Positions 52,940-64,000 of a stretch of DNA of 64,000 nt are shown here, piece after piece. Under the pieces are notes generated by a model. It made no database searches. It was given only the letters and a program-made list of their open reading frames with translations, and was not told where the DNA came from. Positions within the stretch are counted from its first letter, which is position 1; every line of letters begins with the position of its first letter. Source of the stretch: Vicugna vicugna (lineage: Eukaryota); the NCBI GenBank assembly GCA_013265495.1, contig MU058289.1, positions 1,547,451-1,611,450 on the forward strand. Reading direction: 5' to 3'. The translations under genes were made by a program, and so were the position numbers.

Positions 52940-53840
52940 AACGTAAAGATTTAAATACCTCACACTATACACAAAATCAATTTCAGGCACATTATAGACT
53001 TAAATGCAAAAAGGTAAAATGAAAAGTTTTGAAAAGGTAATCAAAGCAGCTCCATGATTTTGTGGTAGGGAAAAATCTCTTAAAAAAAAAAAAGAAAGAA
53101 AGAAAGGAAAAGAGACACTAGCCATAAAGGAAAAGAGTGATAAATATGTCTACATTAAAACGAAGAACTTCTGTTCATCAAAAGAAACCATTAAATGGGA
53201 AAAGATACTTGCAGAAGATACATCCAGCAAAGGATTCATATTCTGAACACCAAACTCTAGAAAAAGACATACAGGAAAATGAGCAGAAGATTTCAAAGGC
53301 ACTTCATGAAAGATGAAATCCAAATGACCATGATATGAAAAAGTGCTCACCTCTTTAGTAATCAGGGAGATTAAAACCAGGTACAACTACATATCTACCA
53401 GACTGGATAGAACTAAAATAACTGATACTTAGTAAACAATTTAAACAACTGCAGAATATTCAAAACTGTAGGAGGACCAAAACCTCCCCAAACCCCCCAA
53501 AACAAGACTGCAGAAATAGTCAAAACATGTTATATGCATGATGGAATACTATGCCACAACAAACGCCAAAATAAAATATATACAAGATGATTCCATTTAT
53601 ATAATGTTCAAAGAGACAAAACTAAATTCTATTGTTTAGAGATGTAAGCCCGAGTGATAGAATGTCAGAATAACGTTTGTAACTAGCTTAGGAGGGCAGT
53701 AGTTGTTGATGGGTGGATGTAGCGGGTGGGAGGCTTCTGGGATGTTGGCAATGTCTGTCTTACCCTGGGTGATAGATACAAGGATCTTTGTTTAAAAATA
53801 TTTTATTTTTATCTGTGTATCTTTTCAACATGTCTGGTTA
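52940..53840 (+). mobile_element. Old L1ME-like 3' fragment
   Basis: acctcacactatacacaaaatcaattt...aacttctgttcatcaaaaga...gattccatttatataatgttcaaa. Confidence 0.6.
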
Positions 53841-56054
53841 TATTTCACAATAAGAAAAAGAAAATTCTCCCCAGAGGGGGAAAATATTAACATCCTAAAA
53901 AGAATTCTAAGAATGTTAAAGAGATTAACTCAACCCACATTTATAAAGAGTCAACAGGGATCTCTAAATCCAAATAAGTGCGGTGTGCTAAACATACTGT
54001 ATTCTAAAATCGATGAATAAACTTTTGGCTTTAACCTGTTAGACTGCCATTCTTTATACAAATTTTGAAAAAGGTGTAATTTCAAATAAATTTTCAACAA
54101 GTCACGTAAATTCTAAAATTTTACGACCAAACATTCCACTTCCAATTTTGAAATTTGAAGTGCCCAGTTGCTGACTGGGAAGTTATAGAGTAGTTTCAGA
54201 TTAGACACTGCTACATAGAATATCAAGATTCGATGACTCCTTTTTGCAAACACAATTAGATTCCCAAACCTCTGTTACACATTAAATAACCTACACTGCT
54301 TAAGAAAAAAGAATTTTTATGTATGTGGGATTAAATACCAAAGCCATTAAGTACAGACATAAATTCAATGATTAAAAAAAAACCCTTTTCATTGCTGTAG
54401 TCATATAACACATCAAATCATGATAAACAGAACAAATTATGTTTGGCATGTGAATTTAACTATTACAGATTAATAAAATGTTTAGTGACTCTAGAAGCTG
54501 TTGAAAAGACAATTTTAAAAAATGTGGATCTTTATTAAAATACAGACTTTTTCAGGTTCTTGCAAAAGAGTGTATTCATAGATTTTTTTAAAAAGACTGA
54601 AATAAATACATTAGAAATCTTAAAAATTTTTCCCTTGTGAGGAGTAATGATACCACAGCCAACTCACCGGTAAGGCACTAAATTTGTAAGACACCTTAAA
54701 ATTCAGATTAGGTAAAACAACGCTTTTTAAAAAGCTATTAAACCTCTTTAATGAGAAAAATTGTTTTCAACTTGTATGTGGCTCTCACCAAGAACTTTAG
54801 AGAGCCTTTTTCATAATTTCATAAAGCCAAAAAAATTAAAACACTACAAAGCTAAATATCCAGCTGGGGAGGAGGAGAGGAAAGGAAATTAAGATAAAAC
54901 AATTTAAGATTCCCTACCTAGATATAAAATTTGTCCCAACACGAGTGCTATTAAAAAGGATCTACCACAGCATCCCCCCCAAGTGTCATTAAATACTTGC
55001 TTGATACCGAGAAATGACTCTCCTATCAATCAAAGGTTAATTTTTTTTCTTTTACAGATTTAGAAGATTGTCTTCCTATCCTTGCAACTGTCCCTAACAA
55101 TGGTATTCACTCTATAACCCTTCAAGATGTGCTGGGAAAATTACCTTAGTTATCTTGCTTCCGTCTCCCCAGTGTTCCAAAGACCTGTGAAGTTTCTTTT
55201 ATGATCAGGAGCTAAAGTTTATTTTTTTCTTGGTTTCCTGGCCGAGCAAAGGCCCAGCACGTGTGAACAGAAACAAAACCCAAACCAACTGTGGCGATGC
55301 TAAATATTTCGAGGAGGACAACTTCCTTCTGACACCCAGAACTCCCTGCCCGAGGAAGCCTCCACCGGGGTAGGTCAGCGTCCACTGACCACTGAGATCT
55401 GCCTTCTCAACAAGGGTCCTGCATCAAGTTGAACCCTCCCCCCCCACCGCCCCCGGGATTCCAGAAACAAGGCCGAAGCGAAAGCAGTAAACATTTTTAA
55501 AGAGACGGTTGCACAACAGGCTTTGAGAAGGATTCCGGTTTAACAGGTAAATACCATACACGAGACAAGTGGGATGTGATCTGCTCGATGGTACCAAAGG
55601 CATTTCGGGACCGTCTGCATCGCAGAGGAAACCCAAAGTTTGGGCACATTACTTACAGTTCACCTGAGGAATATGCAACGAATTGAAAGTAAGAACGTAA
55701 GGAAATGGGTGCTGGAGAATCAACAAATCAGCACTTTAAACTCAGGCTAGGCGGAAAAATTCTTTGAATCCTCAGGCTTTGTTTGGTGGTAAAACAACAG
55801 AACCACCGAATTTCGGAGTTGGAAGACACGTATCTCCGTGTTCTCCAGCCTGTTCTCGGACTTCAGGACCGCCCCGCCCGGCCGGCTCTCAGCCCTGTAG
55901 TTCCCGGATTGAAGGCGCCGACCTCCGGGCGGAAGACTGGGAGCCCGGGGGAGGCCGCGGCCCGGCTCGGCCCGCGACGCCGGGGCCCGGAGGGAGGGAA
56001 GGGAGCGGCCTCCCCGGGGCCGACAACCCCACCCCAAGGCCCGCCCCAGCGTAC

Positions 56055-56175
56055 CTTTGGCGAGAGCTACGGTAGAGTTCTCGGTGTCGATAGTGTAGAG
56101 GATGCCCTCGTAGCGGATCTCCGCCTTAGAGATAAGGCTGATCTTGCTGCCGATGTAAGGGGTGCCCCCGCTCAT
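56055..56175 (-). CDS. LSM14A: LSM14A coding exon 1 (121 nt; [40 protein letters not shown]), Lsm domain N-terminal half
   Basis: ATG at 56175 in GCCATGA context; translation matches the known LSM14/RAP55 N-terminus; donor AAG|gtacgc at 56054. Confidence 0.97.
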
Positions 56176-56290
56176 GGCGCCGCCGCCGCCGCCTCTCTGG
56201 GCCGCTCGCAGAGAGGCAGATCCCACGCCGCTGTGGCCGCTCCGCACGCCCGCCTGCTCCGTCGGCACCTACAGCAGCCGCCTCAGACTC

Positions 56291-56422
56291 AACATGGCGG
56301 TGGCGCCGGCTCCGCTACCCTCCCCCAGCCTCCCGCCCTCAAGCCGCGGCGCGGCGGCGGCGGCGGCGGCAGCGGCGGCGGCGCGGGGCATGCTGGGCCG
56401 TGGAAGCCGCTCTATCGCGAGA
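56291..56422. promoter_or_regulatory. Housekeeping-promoter motifs: YY1 (AACATGGCGG, 56291-56300), ZNF143/Staf-like (CCCAGCATGCCCCGCG, minus strand, 56382-56397), BANP-type TATCGCGAGA (56413-56422)
   Basis: Direct matches to recalled consensus motifs; binding is inferred. Confidence 0.6.
56347..56382. repeat. Interrupted (CGG)n/(CCG)n trinucleotide repeat, about 11 units, in the promoter or 5' leader
   Basis: gcggcggcggcggcggcggcagcggcggcggcg seen directly. Confidence 0.85.
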
Positions 56423-56991
56423 CGCCGCTGGCTGCCAGCGGCTCCGAGCTCCGCGACCTCCGTAGTCGCAGCCGCGCACCTTGGCCTAGTTTAGGTTCGC
56501 TGTACCCGAGGGGCCTGAGAGGAGATTCTGGGAGTGGCGACGTGCCTCCAGACGCCAGGACACTGCGGGCTGGAGTGGAGGCGCGAGGGGTTCTCTGGAC
56601 TTAAGCTGCGGCCTCCGCCATTTCCAGACCCATTGTATCTTGTCCTAAGTCCCGTGTCTTTGCAAATACGGATCCGTCTGCCTGGAAAGTTGCCCACCTG
56701 CCTCCAAGCTCCTGGTGAGCCCCTTTAGGACCTGGTTACTTCCCCTTTGAGGCAGCTGCACCCCTCCAGGAGCTCTGAGGACCCATTACATCACCTGTCA
56801 CCCAACAAGCCCGCCCCACCCCCACCCACTCCCACTTCTTCCCTTCCCTGCTCTTGGAGGAGGGATTCTGTCCACTTTCTAATGGTTTCATCCAGGCTCA
56901 TGACATTCAGTGCCATTGCACACAGGCCAATCTCAAGTGTTTGCAGTTTTGATCAATTCTGTGAACTCTGGATTCACATAAAGCGTAACCT

Positions 56992-57430
56992 TGTCAACTG
57001 AAAAAAAAAAAAACCCACCTAAAACCTAATGTTTAAGAATTATATTTTATTTTGCAGACTTGATGAAAACTTAAGTTCCCTCAGGTCTCCGAGGGACCGT
57101 GGGAGGTAAGGGAGGAGCCAGGATATATAGGAGTTCTTGCAAAAACAAAACAAACAAAACCCTAGGTAGTCTGACATCAAAAGATAACTCTTAATTAAAG
57201 AAAAACCAGACATCTCAAGTTAATGAATTTAGCACTTTTCTATGTGTGGGAAGATGCAAGAGTCTGGGCTCATTGAAATCATTCCTTTGATATGCACCTT
57301 AACTAGAGCTAGTAAACTGTTTTTCTCCATCCTGAATCCCCTCAGGGCGCACAGTTGAGGGTGGCTACAGTGGTTGATGGCTTGATGGCTGCAGAATCCT
57401 TTGTTTGCTTACATGGCAGGCAGCATTCAT
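56992..57430. mobile_element. LTR-like element (MER41-related, artiodactyl type) just upstream of the promoter
   Basis: tgtcaactgaaaaaa...ggaggagccaggatatatagg...gaagatgcaagagtctgggctcattgaaatcattcctttgatatgcacc resembles the recalled consensus. Confidence 0.45.
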
Positions 57431-59559
57431 CATTACCACCTCCTCAGCATCTCCAGGTGAAGGTTTAATCCGCCATGCTCCTGATTTCTCCTCTAAACCT
57501 AATCTTTTCCCACTGTTCACCATTGAGGTACAACTTACTCAACAGTTCATACTTAACGATGGGACTCCTCTCTCGCCCCCACATCTGTTCTGACTGCAAA
57601 ATCCTGTCCTTTTCACCTATAGAATATATCCTGAATCTGGTCCCTTCTCACCGTCTCCGCCCCCACCGTACAACGAGCCACCCTGTTGATATGCACCTTA
57701 ACTAGAGCTAGTAAACTGTTTTTCGCTATCCTGAATCCCCTCAGGGCACACAGTTGGGGGTAGGTCCCTCTACCTCTGCATTTGTCCCCGATAGTTTATT
57801 CTCAACCTAGTAACCCGAAAGACCTTGTTAAAATCTAAGTCAGATCATATTACTCCTCTCCCCAGTGATTTTATGTCACACAGAGTGAAAGCCAGACTCC
57901 TTACTTTGGCTTATGAAGACATAAGTGATTTAGCACCTTGTTACCTCACTATACTATTCTGTTCTAGCCACCTCTTTCACCCAGAACTTTTACACTTCAT
58001 TCAGATCTCTACTCAAAGTCACCTCCGGAGTCACCTCCTTACTGTTCTGTTTAAAATAATACCACTTGCATCATTCTACAGACCCTTACTCTCCTTGCTT
58101 TTTCTTCAGAGCATTTAATCTCTCTCCAGTATGTCTATTTAATTATTTGTGTGCGTCTGTCTCCTTCACTAGAATGTAAATGTTTTGAGACGGACTTTTT
58201 TTTGGTCACTGCTGTATGATTAGGTACCTAGTAGAGTGTATGAAACAGAGCAGCTCCTCAGTAAATTGGATGAAGTTTGATGAAGGCAGAGCACAGGCAG
58301 GATGTCTGGTGAGCTGAGTGAACAAATGGTAAGAAGCCTGGCAACATGCAGATGGGGAAGCAGGAGCAAAGACTAGAGGCTATGTTGAGTCTGGTGCATA
58401 ATGGCTTCTAAGGAAGGCTATGAAATACCTTCTTCAGTACAAGGTTCCTGCCAGGGAGTTAAACTCTTATTTCTGTTCTTTCCTCTCCCTTCTAGGCCTG
58501 CAACCCAGCTTGTCTTCTCATGCTTCCTGAGTGAGAGCTCATCCTTTTCCATATATAAGCTAACGATTCCCAAATTTACTTCTTCATTCCAGATCTCCTG
58601 ACTTCCAGGGTCACACTAGCTATGTACTTACTAGATGCAGTTCTTGAGGTGTCCCATGGGTACTTCCAGCTCAGAATGTTCAAAATTATCTGAATCTGTT
58701 CCCTTCCCCAAAATAAACCTGCCTTTTATCCACGCTCCCTGTCCTATCACTGGCCCCAGGACTCACTAAGGTATCCAGTCTTGAAGCCAGAGTCCTTACC
58801 TGGGTATACCCAATCAATCACCAATCTTGCGGATTCTGTGCTCGTTCTGTGCTCGCTTAGGCAGCACATAACCAGTCTTGCTGATTCTACTTTGTTTTGC
58901 AATTCATGGCTTCCTGCACCCTGGGGCACCAGGAACTATGCATAAATGCAGTTGATCGGTGCAGCTGATTAGTGTGGTTGCCCGTAGTATATTTATTATA
59001 CATGTAAATCTCTAACATATATATGCTAGAAAAAGGTTGAGAACTGTGACGCATTTCACCACCACAGCTTCTGAGGATTCAAATTCCATGTTACTCCCCT
59101 GCTTAAGGACCATTGATGACTTCTAGTAGCCTACAAAACCCCAAACCAAACCAAACCCCCCCAAAAAAACCCTCTCCATTGAATGTTTTCAGCAACAGAA
59201 GCTCTGGAATGGAAAAGCAATTGGGTTGGAAGAGGAAATGAGGAAGATAGGTCCAAAGCAATGTTTCTAGCTAGAATACTATTTTTAACTTACATTTGTG
59301 TTTTCTTGGTAAGGCTGAGGAGTGGCTGATGGAGAATAAGGGGAAAACAAGGCTTCTGCCTCTCACTGTCTTTGGTGTGGCCACGGTTATTCATTGTAAC
59401 TCCCAACATTCTGCGTGCCTGAGGCTCTGGCCACACTAAATTCATGTTTTCTCAAAACGTATGTATCACTCTCCCTCGTCTAATCATTCCTTCGTCTCCT
59501 GTTTGATATGAAAGGCTCTCTATCCCATCTCTACTTGACAGGCAAGATTCAAAGTTACC

Positions 59560-60745
59560 CTCACAGTATAGATAAAAATTACCTCAGAATAGATCAAAGA
59601 CCTAAATGTAAGAGCTAAAACTATAAAACTCTTAGAAGAAAACATTATGGTAAATCTTCTTGACCTGGATTACACAATGGTTTCTTAAACAACCAAAGAA
59701 AAAGCTCAAACAACCAAAGAAAAAATACGTAAGTTGAATTTCATAAAAATTAAAAACTTTTGCATTTCAAAGGACATTGTCAGGAAAGTGAAGAGAAAAC
59801 CCACAGAATGGGAGAAAATATTTGCAAACTGTAGATCAAATAAGAAACTTGTGTCCAGAATATGTAAAGAACTCTTAAAACCAACAATAAAAACACAAAT
59901 TAAATTGCCCAATTAAAAAAATGTTTAAAGGATTTGTATAGACATCCCTCCAAAGAAATATACAAGTGGCCAAATAAGCACAGAAGAAGATGCTTAACAT
60001 CGTTAATCATTAGGGAAATGCAAATCAAAACCACAATGAGATACCACTTCATACCTAGCAGGATGATTGTGTTTAAATAGACAGTAACAAGTGTTAATGA
60101 GGATGTAGAGAAATTGGAGCCCTTATACATTGCTGATGGGAAAATAAAATAGTGCAGCCTGTTCGGAAAACAGTTTGGCAGTTTCTCAAAAAGTTGAACA
60201 TAGAGATACCATATGACACAACTGTTCCATTCTTAAATACCCATGATAACTAAAAACATATGTACCCACAAAAACCTTGTACATAAATGTTCATAGCAGC
60301 ATTATTCATAATAGAGTGGAAACAACCCAAATATCCATCAACTGGTGAATGGATAAATAAAATATGGCACGTCCATATGATGAAATATTATTTAGCCATA
60401 AAAACAAATGAAGTACTGATACATGCTCCAACATGGATGAACCTTAAAAGTATGCTAAGTGAAAGAAATCAGACATGAAATGTCATATGTTATATGATTC
60501 CATGGATATGAAGTGTCCAGAATAGGAAAATCCATAGATACATAAAACAGATTAGTGGATTAGTGGTTGCCAGGGCTGGGGAGTGACTGCTAATGGATGG
60601 AGGTTTCTCTCTGGGGTGATGAAAATGTCTGGAATTAGATAGTGGTGATTGTTAAACTATATTATTAATATTCTCAAAACCCACTAAATTATACACTTTA
60701 AAAAGTGAATTTTATAGTGTGTGAATTGTATCACAATAAAAATAT
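59560..60745 (+). mobile_element. L1MA/MB-like 3' fragment
   Basis: ORF2 remnants (ORF 59734..59916 IKIKNFC...PTEWEKIFAN; ORF 60287..60478 MFIAALF...WINKIW) and a 3' UTR ending aataaaaa. Confidence 0.8.
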
Positions 60746-61439
60746 GCCTCTTCATATTATGACTCTATTAAACTAAGGTTACATAGCAACATGGGCACAT
60801 GCTTATAATATTTAAATAAAAAATCTGGATACAAAATTATATGAGTATAAAGACTTATTTTGAAAAAAGGCAGCATATGAAAATAAAGCAGTAAAGTAAA
60901 TGCTATTGTGTCAAGATATTAGATATAACGTTTTATGGTAAATTTTCTCTCTGTATTAGAAAGGAGATGTGTCCTGTTATATATTTCTGTATAACAAACC
61001 ACTGTAAAATTCAATAATTTAAAACAATTACCATTTTATTATGTCTCACAGTTTTTAGAGCAGGGCATGACTAAGTAATTCTGTTTTAAAATAGCACCAT
61101 CTGTGATCATTTGGTGGCCACTTGCCTGGTCTAGAAGGTCCTAGATGTCTTCATTAACATGACTGGCAGGAACAGCTAGAAGGCTGGGACTCTTATAACA
61201 CTGTGAAACCACCTTACCAGCTTGGACTGTCAGCTTTCTTATTTGTGCTAGTGTTATTTTGAGTCTTTCTTTTTTCTTCTCTGTCTTTCTTTTTTTTTTT
61301 TTTTTGAGTCTTTCTTAAATAGCAGTCAAATACATTTCCCAAGTGTTGCAAAAAGGAAGACAAATGATTGGGTCAGTCATTTTACTGACTGGAGGAGGAA
61401 CCACATCTTACACAGGGTTGAATTCTGAACTCAGTATGT

Positions 61440-61748
61440 GTGTCAGTTGGTTCTTCTCAGAAGTAGCTACTGAGACAGGAGTGAGAGGTTTATTGGAAGA
61501 ATGACTGTGAAAAGTGAAAGGGAGAGGAAGCAGGATTGAGCAGGTAGAGTTTGCAGATCTGACAAAATCTCAGCCAACCTAACAGGGCTCCTGGAGCAAA
61601 GATTACTCTTTAGAATAGACCCACATCGTGCAGAAATTATGAGGCCTAGTACCCCTGCTATTCTCTTTATTGGCTGGGGCTGCCCAGGAAGAACATGGAC
61701 TTGGATTGAAAGCTCTCTGCTAACTGCATTCCTTGGTAACAGCATCAC
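61440..61748. mobile_element. LTR33-like ERVL LTR fragment
   Basis: agaggtttattgg...gcaggattgagcagg...tctcagccaacctaacaggg...ctggagcaaagatt. Confidence 0.45.
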
Positions 61749-61764
61749 AGTTCCTTTCTTAATT

Positions 61765-62002
61765 TCTTTCTTCCTTCCTTCCTTCGTTTCTTTTTTCTTT
61801 GTCTTTCTTTCTAAATTTTCTTTTTCTTTTTTAAAAAATATTTTGTTGTTTTTAATTTCTTTTTTTGCTCATTTGTTTGTTTTCTTTTTTTTTTTGGAGG
61901 GGTTAATTAGGTTTGTTTGTTTAATGGAAGTACTGGGGATTGGTTCCAGGACCTCTTGCATGCTAGGCAAGCACTCTACCACTGAGCTGTACCCTCCTCC
62001 CT
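61765..62002 (-). mobile_element. tRNA-derived SINE with an expanded A-rich tail
   Basis: atggaagtactggggattggttccaggacctcttgcatgctaggcaagcactctaccactgagctgtaccc, preceded by a T-rich tract. Confidence 0.78.
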
Positions 62003-62269
62003 CAAGTCCTTTCTTGAAGCAAGTAAAAATTAGATAGTCAACAGTTCCCTAAGTCTTTTCCTGTGATTGCATCTTACTTTAGCAAGAGTTAATGAATTAG
62101 ATGCCCAATTTAATAAGTTTCTCTTCTATAAAACTTTATAATTCATAGAGTAGAACTTCTGAGATTTTTCTATTTTTTCTTATCTGTTTCATTAATTTTT
62201 TTAAAAGAATTTGATCTAAGTTGTGAAATGTATTGTTATAAACTTATTCATAATATCCTGTTAATATCC

Positions 62270-63181
62270 TTTTTTTTTTCTGAGTTCAAAATTTTAAAAT
62301 TGCTTATGTTCAGTGCAAACCAGAGTGTTCAAATTCATGGCACAAGTTTTATTAGTCTTGGGTATTTTTGTATTCTTTATATGAATATTGCCTGTTTTAT
62401 TAACACATATTGCTCTCAGCATACAGATGCAGATTATTTTCTAGCTATTATTAAAAGTAAGAAAAAGAAGTAAGGTAGGGTGTTCTGTAGAAGTGCTAGG
62501 TTATTATTCAGTGAGTTATTTGCTATTGTTCTTTTTTGGCCATTTCTTGTTGGGGAATTGTGTCCTGTGCTGCTTGTTGCATTTTCTCCAGTTTTTCCAG
62601 TCAGATTTTAAGGATAAAAGTTGGGGTTTACACAGCACCACTTGGTTATATCTTCCTCAGACAACTGCCCTTGTTTTGGAAGAACTTCCCAGAACATTGA
62701 CTTCACTTCTGCCATATCTGATATGGTTTCTTGCTGAAAGTTCTACTGTTCTTTCTCCCCGCAGCTTTAGGCATCCAACCGGATATTACCAAGATGACTG
62801 ACAGGTGTTGACTGAAACCTACAGAAGGAACTCGCTTGGCGACTCCAGTTGGAATGGATACTCCCTGGGGCCACCGGGGGCCAAGTTATCCCCGTCTTTC
62901 CATCATGACCCCAATCTAAATTGTCAAATGCAACTTTCGGACAGGACAGGGATTTTTGGAGCCCTCAACTCTTGTCTACCTAGGTAAGTGGACTAGACGT
63001 CCCAACAAAATAAGAGCGAGGAAACTTGCTCGCTCAATACCTCAACCCGGGCGGGTAGTCCAGAATATGAATTAACTTGTTTAGTATGGGATGTCTGGGT
63101 CACCTTTGGTTCGTTTTCGGACCTTCTTACAGATGCATGTCTTCTGAGACAGCTCAACTGTTGCCCCAAGCAACTGTCCCC
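62270..63181 (-). pseudogene. BBIP1: Processed pseudogene of BBIP1 (BBSome-interacting protein 1 / BBIP10)
   Basis: Minus strand reads MPKAA (ATG 62774) ... [24 protein letters not shown] (ATG 62715), frameshift, [12 protein letters not shown], frameshift, LEKLEKMQQAAQDTIPQQEMAKKEQ*QITH* (TGA 62508-62510). Intronless CDS, poly(A) at 62270-62279, TSD gttaatatcctttt (62260-62273) / gttagtgtcctttt (63182-63195). Confidence 0.9.
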
Positions 63182-64000
63182 GTTAGTGTCCTTTTAACAT
63201 CTGTAGGCTCTGTAGTGATGTTTCCCCTATGACTAGGGTCTTCTTCCCCCAAACCCCTGCCCCTTATGTCTTGCTAGGGGTTTATCACTTTTATTCATCT
63301 ATTCAAGGAATTAGATTTGGTTTTGTTACTTTTATCTATTGTTTGTTTTCCATTTCATTGACTTCTGCTATTATCTTCATTATTTCCTTCCTTCTACTTA
63401 TTTTGGGTTTAATTTGCTCTTCTTTTTTTAGCTTCTTTAAGGTAGAAGCTTAAATTATAGATGTTAAACCATTCTTCTTTTCTAATATAAGCATTTAAAC
63501 CTGTAAATTTCCTTCTAACAATACTTTAGCTGCATCCCACACAATTTAATATGTATTTTATTATTATTATTCAGCTAGAAACATTTTCTAATTTCCTACT
63601 GTGATTTCTTCTTTGACCCATAAATTATTTCAAACAGTGTGGCATAATTTCCAGATTTTGGAGAATTTTCTACTTGTCTTTTGTTAATAATTCCTTATAT
63701 ATATCCATCATGGTCAGAGAGTATGCTCTGCATGAAATCCTTTGAAATTATTGAGACTTGTTCTACAGACTGATAAACTGATGAATGTTCCATATGCACT
63801 TAAAAAGAATGTGCATTCTGCAGTTATTGGGTGTATTATTCTGTAAATGTTGAGTCAAATTGGTTGATCATGTTCTTCAAATCTTCTGATTTTTTTGGTC
63901 TGTTCTAATAGTTACTGGAGAGTTATGTTAAAAATCTCTATGATGGTAGATTAATCTATTTTTCTTTTTATATATATATCAATTTTGCTTCATATGTTAT
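63182..64000 (-). mobile_element. Old antisense L1 ORF2 region (host of the BBIP1 retrocopy; continues at about 62040-62270)
   Basis: ttccatttcattgacttctgct...tttccttccttctactta...ctttagctgcatcccac...aatgttccatatgcactt. Confidence 0.75.

Larger units (their letters stand above)
55850..56650. promoter_or_regulatory. LSM14A: CpG island / LSM14A promoter and first exon
   Basis: Very high GC and CpG density against an AT-rich, CpG-depleted background; spans the start codon. Confidence 0.92.

Noticed and set aside
55747..56268. 173-aa ORF treated as a single-exon protein
   Set aside because: It is LSM14A exon 1 plus 5' leader (GTG start) and read-through into intron 1 past a canonical donor at 56054.
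55783..56604. 273-aa plus-strand ORF and other overlapping ORFs across the CpG island
   Set aside because: Expected stop-codon scarcity in GC-rich DNA; low-complexity P/G/A/R composition, antisense to LSM14A exon 1, no recognisable domain.
62493..62987. Plus-strand ORFs of 102 aa and 60 aa
   Set aside because: Antisense shadows of the BBIP1 retrocopy.
1..64000. CRISPR array, rRNA, snoRNA or other novel multi-gene system
   Set aside because: No regularly spaced repeat-spacer structure or recognisable RNA gene seen by eye; a covariance-model scan (Infernal/Rfam) would be needed to exclude small intronic ncRNAs.

Overview
Mammalian genomic window. The tRNA-derived SINE and L1 tails suggest a camelid or other artiodactyl (inference). 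It holds the complete LSM14A (RAP55A) gene on the minus strand: CpG-island promoter at about 55.85-56.65 kb, start codon at 56175, nine upstream coding exons with GT-AG boundaries read directly, and two alternative 7-codon C-termini. These are a 57-nt cassette exon giving KTTAFGP* and the terminal exon giving KDNKVAA*; both yield a 1392-nt CDS and a 463-aa protein. The 3' UTR runs about 1.9 kb, ending near 5.0 kb. Introns and flanks are filled with L1, L2/MIR, SINE, ERVL-type LTR and hAT fossils. Notable items: a BBIP1 processed pseudogene (62.27-63.18 kb) missed by the ORF track; an ORF1-only, half-L1-like element nested antisense inside a related L1, with both TSD pairs visible; a near-perfect 625-bp tandem duplication; short templated insertions; an in-frame uORF in the LSM14A leader; and a strong intronic CTCF motif. 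I found no evidence for a wholly new biological system, CRISPR array or RNA gene. Repeat family names come from recalled consensus sequences, not a database search.
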